Positions 19,626 to 28,932 of a stretch of 41,218 nucleotides of DNA are shown piece by piece. The notes under the pieces are model-generated. The model saw only the letters and a list, made by a program, of their open reading frames with translations, made no database searches and had not been told where the DNA came from. The DNA lies in the NCBI GenBank assembly GCA_963932905.1, contig CAWVRN010000034.1, positions 1 through 41,218 of the forward strand, in the 5' to 3' direction. This DNA is from an uncultured Bdellovibrio sp. GTDB lineage: Bacteria; Bdellovibrionota; Bdellovibrionia; Bdellovibrionales; Bdellovibrionaceae. Every line of letters starts with the position of its first letter. Positions within the stretch are counted from its first letter, which is position 1. Made by a program: the position numbers and the translations under genes.

Positions 19626-21626
19626 ATGCTAAAGCCGAATATTCACCACCAAGAATCAGACAGGATAAAAGCTTTAAAGGCATTATCACTGTTAGATACA
19701 ATGAGTGAAAAAGAGTTCGATGAAATCACTTTTTTGGCTTCAAAAATTTGTGGGACCCCGATCGCGTTAATTTCTTTGGTGGATGAAAATCGCCAGTGGT
19801 TTAAATCGAAACAAGGTCTGACTATTGACGAAACACCAAGAGACGTTTCGTTTTGCGGACACGCTATTTTAGGCGATGATATTTTTTACGTTCCGAATGC
19901 GTTGGAAGATAAACGGTTTGCAGATAATCCGTTGGTGGTAGGGGAATCACATATCGAGTTTTACGCGGGCATTGCTATTTGTGATCCCGTTATGGGTTTA
20001 CCGATTGGAACACTGTGCGTGATAGACAACCGACCAAATCAACTTTCTGCCGAACAATTTGAAGCCCTGCGATCATTGAAGAACCAGGTCCAGAGACTAC
20101 TGAAATTACGTAGTCAGTTGGAGGCAAGCAAAGAACTTGAAAGTCAGCTTAAAGTTCAAAATCAACGTTTTGAATTTATCTTGGAAGGCGCTAAATTAGG
20201 ATCTTGGGATTGGTGGCTTGACACCAATGTTGTGCATTTTGACCGAATCTGGTGTGAGATGCTTGGATTGGATCCAAACACGACAGAAAATGTTTTGGCG
20301 ACTTGGGATGCCTTAGTTCATCCTGATGACAAGGCTAAAGCATATGAAGATATCAAATCTTATTTGAATGGAACTGCGAACATTTACGAAAATTTGCACA
20401 GACTAAGACACACCTCCGGAGATTGGGTGTGGATCTTAGATCGCGGTCGTATCAGTGAATGGCATGCCGACGGTCGTCCTAAACGATTTACGGGAACTCA
20501 TTTTGATGTAACAAAGCAAGTGAAATCTGAAAAACAACTTGAGGAAGCACAAAGCATTACGAAAATAGGTAGCTGGAGTTTTGATTTACGAACGCACAAA
20601 CAGTCTTGGTCCAAAGAACATTACAATATATTTGAAATAGATTTCTCACATTCCGAGGATACGCTATTTCAGGCTTATAGAGAACGCATTCATCCTGATG
20701 ATCTGCCCGAATTAGATCGTATTCTTGAGCGCGCAGTGAGTTTCGCTGAAGGATTTGTCTACAATCACCGTGTCGCTCTGGATAAAGGAAAACGTATTAA
20801 ACATGTTCAAGGAATTGGAAAGGTTTCTGTCGACATAAATGGGAAAGCAATTTCGATTTCAGGTACTTGCCAGGATATCACTAAAAAAGTTGAAATTGAA
20901 AATGAACTTGAATTAAAACGGTTAGAAACAATTCAAGCGTCAAAGATGGCTACGTTGGGCGAAATGGCGGCCGGGGTGGCTCATGAAATCAATAATCCGC
21001 TAGCCATTATAAAAGGAAATATAGCCTTGATTCAGTCAAAGCAATTGGACAACCAGAAAGTTGAGGAGCGAATTAATACGGTTATGTCTTGTATCGATAG
21101 AATTGCAAAAATCGTAAAAGGTTTGAGTCAGTTTTCTAGATCATCGGCCTCGACCGAACGTGAAAGTTGCAAAGTTAAAAAATTGATCCAAGATGCGATG
21201 TTTCTAAGCGATGTGAATGCTAAACGGCAATCCGTGAAAATATTATCAGACTATTCTGGAGACCACGAAATTTTTTGTAATTCTGTAGAAATAGAGCAGG
21301 TTTTGGTAAACCTCATCAATAATTCAATTGATGCTGTCAAGGAATCTGAAGATCGTTGGGTTTCTATCGATGTTGGCGTAGATACAGGATCCATCTATTT
21401 ACGAGTGATGGATTCAGGAATGGGAATCCCTGTTGAAATAGAAAATAAGATATTTCAACCATTTTTCACAACTAAAACGGTAGGGCGGGGAACGGGATTG
21501 GGTCTGTCGATCAGTAAAGGAATAGTGGAAAGCCACAACGCTAGTATCAGTGTGAACAAAAATTTTAGAAACACATGTTTTGAAATCAAATTTAAACGAT
21601 ATAAGCAAGCCGAAGCTGCGGCCTAA
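19626..21626 (+). CDS. Cytoplasmic GAF-PAS-PAS sensor histidine kinase
   Basis: GAF (RDVSFCGHAI, FADNPLV), two PAS_3 (HPDD), AHEINNPL, GTGLGLSIS. Confidence 0.94.
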   Translation: MLKPNIHHQESDRIKALKALSLLDTMSEKEFDEITFLASKICGTPIALISLVDENRQWFKSKQGLTIDETPRDVSFCGHAILGDDIFYVPNALEDKRFADNPLVVGESHIEFYAGIAICDPVMGLPIGTLCVIDNRPNQLSAEQFEALRSLKNQVQRLLKLRSQLEASKELESQLKVQNQRFEFILEGAKLGSWDWWLDTNVVHFDRIWCEMLGLDPNTTENVLATWDALVHPDDKAKAYEDIKSYLNGTANIYENLHRLRHTSGDWVWILDRGRISEWHADGRPKRFTGTHFDVTKQVKSEKQLEEAQSITKIGSWSFDLRTHKQSWSKEHYNIFEIDFSHSEDTLFQAYRERIHPDDLPELDRILERAVSFAEGFVYNHRVALDKGKRIKHVQGIGKVSVDINGKAISISGTCQDITKKVEIENELELKRLETIQASKMATLGEMAAGVAHEINNPLAIIKGNIALIQSKQLDNQKVEERINTVMSCIDRIAKIVKGLSQFSRSSASTERESCKVKKLIQDAMFLSDVNAKRQSVKILSDYSGDHEIFCNSVEIEQVLVNLINNSIDAVKESEDRWVSIDVGVDTGSIYLRVMDSGMGIPVEIENKIFQPFFTTKTVGRGTGLGLSISKGIVESHNASISVNKNFRNTCFEIKFKRYKQAEAAA

Positions 21627-21645
21627 CCGTGAAGTTAAAGGATTT

Positions 21646-23439
21646 ATGGACGATTTTGAGAAGGAACTAAAAATTGGATTTCTAGCCGAAGCGAAACAGG
21701 CGACCGCAGATGCCGAGCAATGTTTTTTGGATTTAGAATCTAATCCCGACGATGCAGAGACAATGAATAAAATTTTTCGCTTGGCTCATAACCTAAAAGG
21801 GTCATCGAAAGCAGTAGGTTTTATCGAGTTGGGTGACTTTACCCACGAATTTGAATCTTTTATTTTAAAAGTAAAAAACGGCGAACTTAAAGCCAGTGCA
21901 AAAGTTATAAATATTCTTCTTCAGGGCAATGACCATATCATTAAAACTTTAGATTTATTAACTGAGAATCTGGACGCCCGGATTGAGCCGATTGGTTTGG
22001 TTCAAGAAATGAAAATGTATACCGAAGAACCAGAAGTTGAAGAACCAGTTGTTCAGGAACATGTCAGCAAAACAAAAGAAACGATTGAAAGTAAAGATCT
22101 TGAAAATCCACTTCCTGACTTGGATTTTGACCAGTCCCGGTTTCAAGAAACTCAACCAGAAACACTGGAAGTCGCCACTCAGGAAACCAAATTGCTCGAT
22201 ACGGTCCTTGACGTAGTGCCAGAAAAGAAAACTCGCGCGGCTTCAGCAGGGACAGACGAAACCTTACGTGTGTCACTTCAAAAAGTCGAATCACTGATCA
22301 ATTTTGTCGGCGAGATGGTCATATTGCAAAGTGGCTTGAAAGAACAAGCCCAGTTGTCGAACTCGACGGCACTAAAACGCATCGTTCAGCATTTGAATAA
22401 AGTCAGCAAAGAAATCCAAGAAACATCAATGAGTTTACGGATGGTTCCCATCAAACCCGTTTTTCAAAAAATGCAAAGAATCGTACGTGATACTTCGCTA
22501 TCCTTAAATAAGGATGTGTCTTTTCGTCTGATTGGCGAAGACACAGACATTGACAAAACCATTTTAGAAAAAATCAGTGATCCGTTAGTGCACTTAATAC
22601 GAAACTCTGTAGACCATGGAATCGAAAGTGCCGAAATCAGAAAAGAAAGAAAAAAATCTGAAACGGGATCGGTGGTGCTTAAAGCATTTCATCAAAGCGG
22701 CAAATTAGTAATTGAAGTCATCGATGATGGTGGTGGACTAGATCCCGAAAAACTCAGAAAGAAAGCTATCGAGAAAAAAATTATTTCTTCTGACGTTAAG
22801 TTAAGCGAAACAGAAACATTCAATTTAATTTTTGCACCGGGTTTTTCAACTAAAGAGTTAGTGACGGATGTTTCTGGTCGTGGTGTCGGTATGGATGTGG
22901 TGAAAACCAACATTCATGAATTAGGTGGAGAAGTTCAAATTGAATCAAAACTGCATTTAGGTTCAACTTTTCGAATTATACTGCCGTTAACTCTGGCGAT
23001 TGTTGACGCCATGATTTTAGCGTATGGAGACGAAAAATTTGTTGTTCCGGTAAACCAAGTTTTCGAAACTGTAAAACCAGAAAAAGGAAATCTAAGATCC
23101 ACTACTTTGGGTAATATATTACTCTTGCGTTCGGAAAATCTGCCTCTTTTTAAATTGGGCGATTTCTTATCAATAAAAAACTCGAGTTCAATTGAAAATA
23201 TGATTGCCATCGTGATTAGAGCTGGTGGAAAACCATTTGCGTTTCTAGTGGATGATATTCTGGGACAATCGCAAGTGGTAGTAAAACAATTAGGCCCAGA
23301 ACTACAAGGTATTGCAGGTATCAGTGGAAGCACGATATTGGGTGATGGAAAACCTGCATTGATTATTGAGGCACCGGATCTATTAAAAAGAACTCGTTCA
23401 GGTAACACTAAGAATTTTCAAGAAAGGATACAGAAATGA
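21646..23439 (+). CDS. cheA: Chemotaxis histidine kinase CheA
   Basis: Hpt FRLAHNLKG, dimerisation domain, HLIRNSVDHG, DVSGRGVGMDVV, C-terminal CheW domain; ATG 21646 after AAGGA. Confidence 0.96.
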   Translation: MDDFEKELKIGFLAEAKQATADAEQCFLDLESNPDDAETMNKIFRLAHNLKGSSKAVGFIELGDFTHEFESFILKVKNGELKASAKVINILLQGNDHIIKTLDLLTENLDARIEPIGLVQEMKMYTEEPEVEEPVVQEHVSKTKETIESKDLENPLPDLDFDQSRFQETQPETLEVATQETKLLDTVLDVVPEKKTRAASAGTDETLRVSLQKVESLINFVGEMVILQSGLKEQAQLSNSTALKRIVQHLNKVSKEIQETSMSLRMVPIKPVFQKMQRIVRDTSLSLNKDVSFRLIGEDTDIDKTILEKISDPLVHLIRNSVDHGIESAEIRKERKKSETGSVVLKAFHQSGKLVIEVIDDGGGLDPEKLRKKAIEKKIISSDVKLSETETFNLIFAPGFSTKELVTDVSGRGVGMDVVKTNIHELGGEVQIESKLHLGSTFRIILPLTLAIVDAMILAYGDEKFVVPVNQVFETVKPEKGNLRSTTLGNILLLRSENLPLFKLGDFLSIKNSSSIENMIAIVIRAGGKPFAFLVDDILGQSQVVVKQLGPELQGIAGISGSTILGDGKPALIIEAPDLLKRTRSGNTKNFQERIQK

Positions 23440-23918
23440 AACGTCAAAAAAGCATTCTTGTTTTGGATGATGAACAAGACATCGGCGAAATCATGTTAGA
23501 TATTCTAAATCCGGTGTACCAAGAAGTCGTATTTTGTTCCTCACCAATTCGGGCCAAAGAGCTGGTTGCTGAGAGATCTTTTTCTATGATTTTGACTGAC
23601 GTTCAAATGCCTGAACTGCCAGGCCCAGACTTTGTGAAATATGTTCGTTCGATGGGTAAAATTGACCCGATTATATTTGTGACAGGAAACGCGACGACCA
23701 GCGTTCTTTTGTCGGCATTGCGCTTAGGTGCATGCGATGTGGTTGAGAAACCATTTGAGCCACAAGATTTGCTGCAGACTGTCGAGCGCGCTTTTGAAAT
23801 AGAGAAACGACGATACCAACTTTATGAAACTATATTTACGAAAAAAGATAATGAAAAATCTGTTGGTGGACAAAAACGGATGATCGGGTTGTTGCAAGTT
23901 GTAAACGGAAAGAAATAA
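23436..23918 (+). CDS. Response regulator receiver protein with short C-terminal helix
   Basis: LVLDDE, TDVQMP, FVTG, EKPF. Confidence 0.92.
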   Translation: MKRQKSILVLDDEQDIGEIMLDILNPVYQEVVFCSSPIRAKELVAERSFSMILTDVQMPELPGPDFVKYVRSMGKIDPIIFVTGNATTSVLLSALRLGACDVVEKPFEPQDLLQTVERAFEIEKRRYQLYETIFTKKDNEKSVGGQKRMIGLLQVVNGKK

Positions 23919-23938
23919 ATATTTAAAGGAAGTAACGT

Positions 23939-24439
23939 ATGAGTCATTCAATCAGAAATCATAATTCGCATGCCGACAGCGGTAATCGGTATTTATGTTT
24001 TTCGTTGGGAAAAGAGAAATTTGCTATTCCACTTTTGCAGGTAAAAGAAGTAATTGCCAATACTGCGACCACGACCATTCCTCAGGCTCCGGCCTATTTT
24101 AAGGGAATTATGAATTTACGTGGACAGGTGATATCTGTGATCGACTTGCGTTCGAAACTGAAGATTGCCCATGCTGAAACAAGTTTAGAAACTACTATTG
24201 TAATTTTGGATATAAATGGTCTGTCGTTAGGGGTCATCGTTGACTCGGTCGACGCGGTATTAGCATATTCTGCAGACTCGATTAGCGATCCTCCAGATCA
24301 TGACAACAGTATGAAAGCTGACTATATTGTTGGTGTCGCTCGAGAAAAAGATCATTTAACTCTGATACTGGATTTAAAACGGGCGCTAAACACTGATGAT
24401 ATGAAGTCACTAAGACTGCAGCAAAAAGCTACGGCTTAG
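23939..24439 (+). CDS. cheW: Chemotaxis coupling protein CheW
   Basis: YLCFSLG, IPQAPAYFKGIMNLRGQVISVIDL, GVIVDSV. Confidence 0.96.
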   Translation: MSHSIRNHNSHADSGNRYLCFSLGKEKFAIPLLQVKEVIANTATTTIPQAPAYFKGIMNLRGQVISVIDLRSKLKIAHAETSLETTIVILDINGLSLGVIVDSVDAVLAYSADSISDPPDHDNSMKADYIVGVAREKDHLTLILDLKRALNTDDMKSLRLQQKATA

Positions 24440-24640
24440 CTATAAATTAACATGACCCATAACTGAATAGATGTTTGTGGTGATGATAACATCATTTGGT
24501 TCAAAAGCTTTCCATGAAAAATTAAACTTATCATCGGCTCATTCTCATTGACGTGCGGTCTTTCCAAAGTATTCGTGGATAGAGTAATTGATGTGAAGCC
24601 TTAAGGTCGTGAATGAATCGCGCCAAGTATAGGAGGCTAT

Positions 24641-25072
24641 ATGGATATGAAACATATTTTAGTCATCGATGATGAGCCTTATATGAGATCATTATTGATA
24701 GATTTGGTTTCTGATCTGAACGTCCAAATTGACGAAGCTGAAGACGGTGTTGCCGGTCTAGAGCGACTAAGAAGATGCCAATACCATTTAGTAGTAAGTG
24801 ATATTAAAATGCCGAGGATGGATGGAATCGAGTTGTTTGAAAACGCTTTGAAAGAAAATATATTAACACCTTTCATTTTTTTAACGGGCTACAGTGACGA
24901 TGAAAAGGTTTTAAAAGCTTTAAGGATGGGTGCGGCTGATTTTATTGCTAAACCATTTTTCCCAATAGAACTTTCTAATGTGATTGTAAGAATACTTGAA
25001 CTTGGACAGCGCAGAATTGAATTGTCTCGTGAACTGATGGTATCTAGTCCGCATCTGTTCAAAAAGAAGTAG
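24641..25072 (+). CDS. Response regulator receiver protein
   Basis: SD AGGAGG; LVIDDE, SDIKMP, FLTG, AKPF. Confidence 0.92.
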   Translation: MDMKHILVIDDEPYMRSLLIDLVSDLNVQIDEAEDGVAGLERLRRCQYHLVVSDIKMPRMDGIELFENALKENILTPFIFLTGYSDDEKVLKALRMGAADFIAKPFFPIELSNVIVRILELGQRRIELSRELMVSSPHLFKKK

Positions 25073-25295
25073 TGATAATTGTGAAATCGGCCTGAATCTC
25101 CTGATTCTTAGAAAAATACGTTTTGCACGGATGTTTTTTTTAGTCCTGCGTTTACCTCTGTTAAATTCCAAAAACTAGGCCCCACCCAGGGTGAAATGAA
25201 TTCAGATGGATCGGTACAAGGCGGAACAATGGGTTTATCCGTTGGTGGCGGATGGGGAAAATTTTCGATCTATCTAGAGCCTGGACCAACGTCAA

Positions 25296-25322
25296 TATAA
25301 CAATATTATTAAATACCGATAC
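25296..25322 (+). promoter_or_regulatory. Sigma28-like promoter of the caspase-like gene
   Basis: TATA-N15-ACCGATAC, 7 nt before in-frame GTG 25330. Confidence 0.45.
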
Positions 25323-25329
25323 TATCTAC

Positions 25330-26760
25330 GTGGGATTATTCGGTTTATTAAGTTTTATGGCTCTACTTTTTTCTAATTATTCGCATGCAATGAATGACGC
25401 TTATTTTTTTGGTGGAGTGGAACACGATGAAAAGCAGGCAATATTTAAAACTGAATTTTCATTGCTGTTTGCGGGATCCGGTGCGGGCAAATGGAAAACT
25501 GAATATTTATATAGCGAAAACTCGGGAAAAACGGAGTCGTTTACTAGAGGCAACTTCCAAAAAACGTTAGATAAAATAAAAGAAAAATTGAAGGATCGTA
25601 TTTCAGGCAAAGAAACTGGAGGCAAAGACGATCAGCTGCTATTGTATATATCTGCCCATGGCAATGAGCCCAAAAAAGACGATAAAACTCACACTGTGGA
25701 AGCTGCTGATGGTTCGGTGAGTATGGATGATTTACAAAGCATTGTAACCTTGGCTGAACAAGCCAAGGTGAAACTTGCTATAGTTAGTCAAAGCTGTAAT
25801 TCTGGAAATATTTTAAAATTAGAAACAAACAATACATGTATCATTTCAGGCAGCGGTGAAAAAAGCGGTGCCTATTCAGGCGGTGCGGAATATTTCGCAT
25901 TTGAAATTCAAGACGCTTTCAGAAAAGGAACCAGAAATGTTTCTCTAGAACAGGTTTTCCTAACCGCAAGGAAAAAGCAGGTGGAGACCGCAATTCCCAT
26001 GATAAACACCGACGCTGGAAAAAAGGCTGCCGAGTTTTTAAAGAGCGTCGAACTATTTTTAACAACCACAAACGAGTTTCATTTACGCAATGTGAGTGCC
26101 TGTTCACAGGATAAAGCTATCTCCAAAAATTTTTTAGGAGTGTTAGATGTGTTGTTAAGAGAGCAAGTCAATGACCCAAAACTACGCAAAAGACTGATGA
26201 ACCAGTTTCAGGAAATCGAAGTCCAAAAACATAAAATGAAATCCATATATCGTGCCTTGGCAAAACTGGAAAATAATCCCCCTTTGCTGTGTCAAAGGAA
26301 AATTACTGTAAAAAATAGTGCCCCTAAATTTCAGCACTACAGCCCAAAGTATGATGCGGAAGGAAATATTGTTACTAGTTTTAGTGATGACCAACCAGAT
26401 GTGGAAGTTATCTACCATTTAAGGAAAAACAAAAGTCAAAAAAAGCGTAACGAAAAGTGTGAACCGTTTGTTGGTACCTACTGGGCCTACCTGAATATCG
26501 ATCAGGTGATCGAAAATACGACGGATCCCGATATGCGCATGGTACTTTATCACTGGAAAGATGTTATAGACACGATCGAAGATAAAAAAGGTTTTAAAAA
26601 AATCCTTAATAATTCTATTCGCACTAAAAGCCAACTGGATGCCGCAATGTTATCTAAAGCTAAAGCCCTCGTCGCTAAAGAGAAAGAGGTGTTTCAAGAA
26701 CTGTACTCTTATTTCAGATCCCAGGAATCGTCTAACGCTTGTTCTGAGTTTGTTCTGTAA
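25330..26760 (+). CDS. Secreted clan CD (caspase/legumain-like) cysteine peptidase
   Basis: DQLLLYISAHG and AIVSQSCNSG His-Cys dyad motifs; signal peptide ending SHA; ORF open from 25252. Confidence 0.75.
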   Translation: MGLFGLLSFMALLFSNYSHAMNDAYFFGGVEHDEKQAIFKTEFSLLFAGSGAGKWKTEYLYSENSGKTESFTRGNFQKTLDKIKEKLKDRISGKETGGKDDQLLLYISAHGNEPKKDDKTHTVEAADGSVSMDDLQSIVTLAEQAKVKLAIVSQSCNSGNILKLETNNTCIISGSGEKSGAYSGGAEYFAFEIQDAFRKGTRNVSLEQVFLTARKKQVETAIPMINTDAGKKAAEFLKSVELFLTTTNEFHLRNVSACSQDKAISKNFLGVLDVLLREQVNDPKLRKRLMNQFQEIEVQKHKMKSIYRALAKLENNPPLLCQRKITVKNSAPKFQHYSPKYDAEGNIVTSFSDDQPDVEVIYHLRKNKSQKKRNEKCEPFVGTYWAYLNIDQVIENTTDPDMRMVLYHWKDVIDTIEDKKGFKKILNNSIRTKSQLDAAMLSKAKALVAKEKEVFQELYSYFRSQESSNACSEFVL

Positions 26761-26800
26761 ATAAAACTCTTAAAGAGAGCGGGGTAAACTTTATATCTAG

Positions 26801-26833
26801 GGACAAAGTGTCCTACGTACTGACTTTTTGTCA
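26801..26833. promoter_or_regulatory. Paired GAC-N5-GTC palindromes, candidate enhancer (UAS)
   Basis: GGACAAAGTGTCC (26801) and TGACTTTTTGTCA (26821), 20 bp apart, upstream of a sigma54 promoter. Confidence 0.55.
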
Positions 26834-26883
26834 TAACCTCATATTTGAAACACAACCTAAGATGTTATGGGATCGACTTGATC

Positions 26884-26899
26884 TGGCATCTGCCGTGCT
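26884..26899 (+). promoter_or_regulatory. Sigma54 -24/-12 promoter of the second ABC operon
   Basis: TGGCAT-CTGCC-GTGCT (GG-N10-GC). Confidence 0.7.
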
Positions 26900-26913
26900 T
26901 ATACAGCCTATAA

Positions 26914-27687
26914 ATGAAGAAAAGATTTTGGGTCCTAGCTGTAGTTTCTATTTTGAGTATTCCGGTTTTAGTAGTTTATTTGTACAACGAAAAAAGTATT
27001 CAAATTGTCCATCCAAGTCGGGGGAACATCACCGAAGCGGTCTATGGTTTGGGGAAAGTAAAGTCGGACGATCGATTCGAAGTTATATCTGCTTTGATTT
27101 CCACAGTTACTAAGAGATACGTGAATGAAGGCGATATTGTTGAAAAAGGAATGCCTTTAATTGAATTAGACAACCACGCTGTATTCCGAGCCCCATTTAA
27201 AGGGACAGTGACGGCGGCGAATCGATTTGTCGGTGAGACCGCGATTCCCAATAGCCTACTTCTTCGGATCGAAAATTTACAAAAAAGATATATTGAACTT
27301 TCTTTAGAACAGCAGTCAACCCTTAGGGTTAAACCCGGACAAGTTGCTCGCGTTTCTTTTGAGTCACTGCGGGGAAATATATTAAGTGGAAAAGTAACTT
27401 CTGTTTTTCCTCGCGAAGATGAATTTATTGCGCGAATTTCCGTGGATGGCTTGGATCCATCGATCCTTCCCGGGATGAGTGCCGATATTACTATCGAGGT
27501 TGGTCGTATCGAAAATGCGTTGCTTATTCCGATTAATGCAATCTCCAATGGTTTTGTTACCGTTAGAAAAGGTAATCAGTGGAAAAAAATAAAACTAGAA
27601 TTAGGACACATTGACGGACTTAATGCGGAAGTAAAAGGTAACTCCATTAATGTAGATGATGAAATTCGTTTAAGTAAGGGGAAGTAA
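26914..27687 (+). CDS. Efflux periplasmic adaptor (MFP), short form; paralog of 8911
   Basis: ITEAVYGLG, VNEGDIVEKG / FRAPFKG, LPGMSADI. Confidence 0.9.
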   Translation: MKKRFWVLAVVSILSIPVLVVYLYNEKSIQIVHPSRGNITEAVYGLGKVKSDDRFEVISALISTVTKRYVNEGDIVEKGMPLIELDNHAVFRAPFKGTVTAANRFVGETAIPNSLLLRIENLQKRYIELSLEQQSTLRVKPGQVARVSFESLRGNILSGKVTSVFPREDEFIARISVDGLDPSILPGMSADITIEVGRIENALLIPINAISNGFVTVRKGNQWKKIKLELGHIDGLNAEVKGNSINVDDEIRLSKGK

Positions 27688-28932
27688 ATGTTTTTCTTAT
27701 CTTGGCGACAGTTAATCTCTAAAAAAAAACAAACATTTCTTATTTTAGTCGGTGTCAGCCTAGGCACAACTTTATATATAGCCATTGCGGGACTTCAGTT
27801 GGGAACGCGACACTATATGATGGAACATCTTTTAAATAATACATCCCATATTTTGGTTTCCGGTGCGGAGCGTATGATCGAAGAAGAAGAGGTTCGAAAC
27901 GAATTTTTTAGTGCAGAAGCCAATGTTCGATGGGTTCTGCCGCCGTTTGGGAAAAGGGAAGAAGTACGTCTTGAAAATTATCAAGGATGGTACCAGCGAT
28001 TTATGTCTGATACAGACGTACGTGATTTTTCGCCACGTTTGACAACCAATGCGATTCTATCCAACGGGCTTTTTACAGCGTCGGTAGGCTTAATCGGAAC
28101 TATTCCCGAACGCCAGGCACGTACCACGTCGGTGGAAAGTTACATGAAGGAAGGTAAATTTACAGACCTACAATCAGGGGCAAATAATATTATTATCGGT
28201 AGCAAAGTAGCCCAAAACCTGGGGGCGAGGGTGGGCCAAATCATAAACGTCAGCACCGGACGTAGTTCTATGCGGGGGTTTAAAGTCGTTGGCATATTAC
28301 ATTTTGGTAGCGATCAAATTGACAATTCCATAGCCTTTGCTGAACTAAGCCACGTTCAAGTATTGACTAAGAGTCCAGGACGAGTAAATGAAATTGCGGT
28401 TGCATTATTTGATATCGATAATGCGAATCAAAAAGCGGCAGAATGGAAAATGTTAGGAACAGATAAAGTTCAAGATTGGCAAGAGGCCAACAAAATGTTT
28501 TTAGAAATCATCAATGTCCAAGATTACACTCGATATTTTATTACTGTGACCATTTTAGTGGTGGCAGCGTTCGGCATATATAATGTTCTAACAATTATGA
28601 TTAATCAAAAACGAAAAGAAATAGCAATTTTACGTGCTATTGGATACGGTCCTCAACGTATTTTGCAGTTAGTGGTATATCAAGGCCTGCTGATGGGTTT
28701 TTCTGGTGGGGTATTAGGAGTTTTGTTAGGTTTTTTGTTATGCCTGGTCATTGCGAATATCAATTTAAATATTGAACTAGGAGGCAGTCACCATTTGCTG
28801 GTGGATTTTAGCCTACAAACCTATGTTGTTGGCTTTTTAGCGGCCAATGTAGCGGCTCTTTTCGCATCCTATTTTCCAGCGCATTTAGCTAGTAAACTAT
28901 CGCCGATGGATATTATCAGGAGTGATGGATGA
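27688..28932 (+). CDS. ABC transporter permease, FtsX/LolE-MacB type
   Basis: KRKEIAILRAIG, YFPAHLASKLSPMDIIR; collinear with the 9732 paralog. Confidence 0.93.
   Translation: MFFLSWRQLISKKKQTFLILVGVSLGTTLYIAIAGLQLGTRHYMMEHLLNNTSHILVSGAERMIEEEEVRNEFFSAEANVRWVLPPFGKREEVRLENYQGWYQRFMSDTDVRDFSPRLTTNAILSNGLFTASVGLIGTIPERQARTTSVESYMKEGKFTDLQSGANNIIIGSKVAQNLGARVGQIINVSTGRSSMRGFKVVGILHFGSDQIDNSIAFAELSHVQVLTKSPGRVNEIAVALFDIDNANQKAAEWKMLGTDKVQDWQEANKMFLEIINVQDYTRYFITVTILVVAAFGIYNVLTIMINQKRKEIAILRAIGYGPQRILQLVVYQGLLMGFSGGVLGVLLGFLLCLVIANINLNIELGGSHHLLVDFSLQTYVVGFLAANVAALFASYFPAHLASKLSPMDIIRSDG

Noticed and set aside
21580..21645. Longer CheA start
   Set aside because: Overlaps the upstream kinase; the Hpt domain and SD fit ATG 21646
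22935..23408. Antisense and nested ORFs (also 27042-27548, 36499-36984, 13007-13375, 35489-35860 and the other short ones)
   Set aside because: They shadow strongly supported genes and show no recognisable motifs
24481..24494. TGATG-ATAA-CATCA as an FNR/CRP site
   Set aside because: Spacing and flanks match neither consensus; short palindromes are common in AT-rich DNA
26808..27113. 101-aa ORF overlapping the adaptor gene
   Set aside because: Covers promoter elements and overlaps a well-supported gene in another frame
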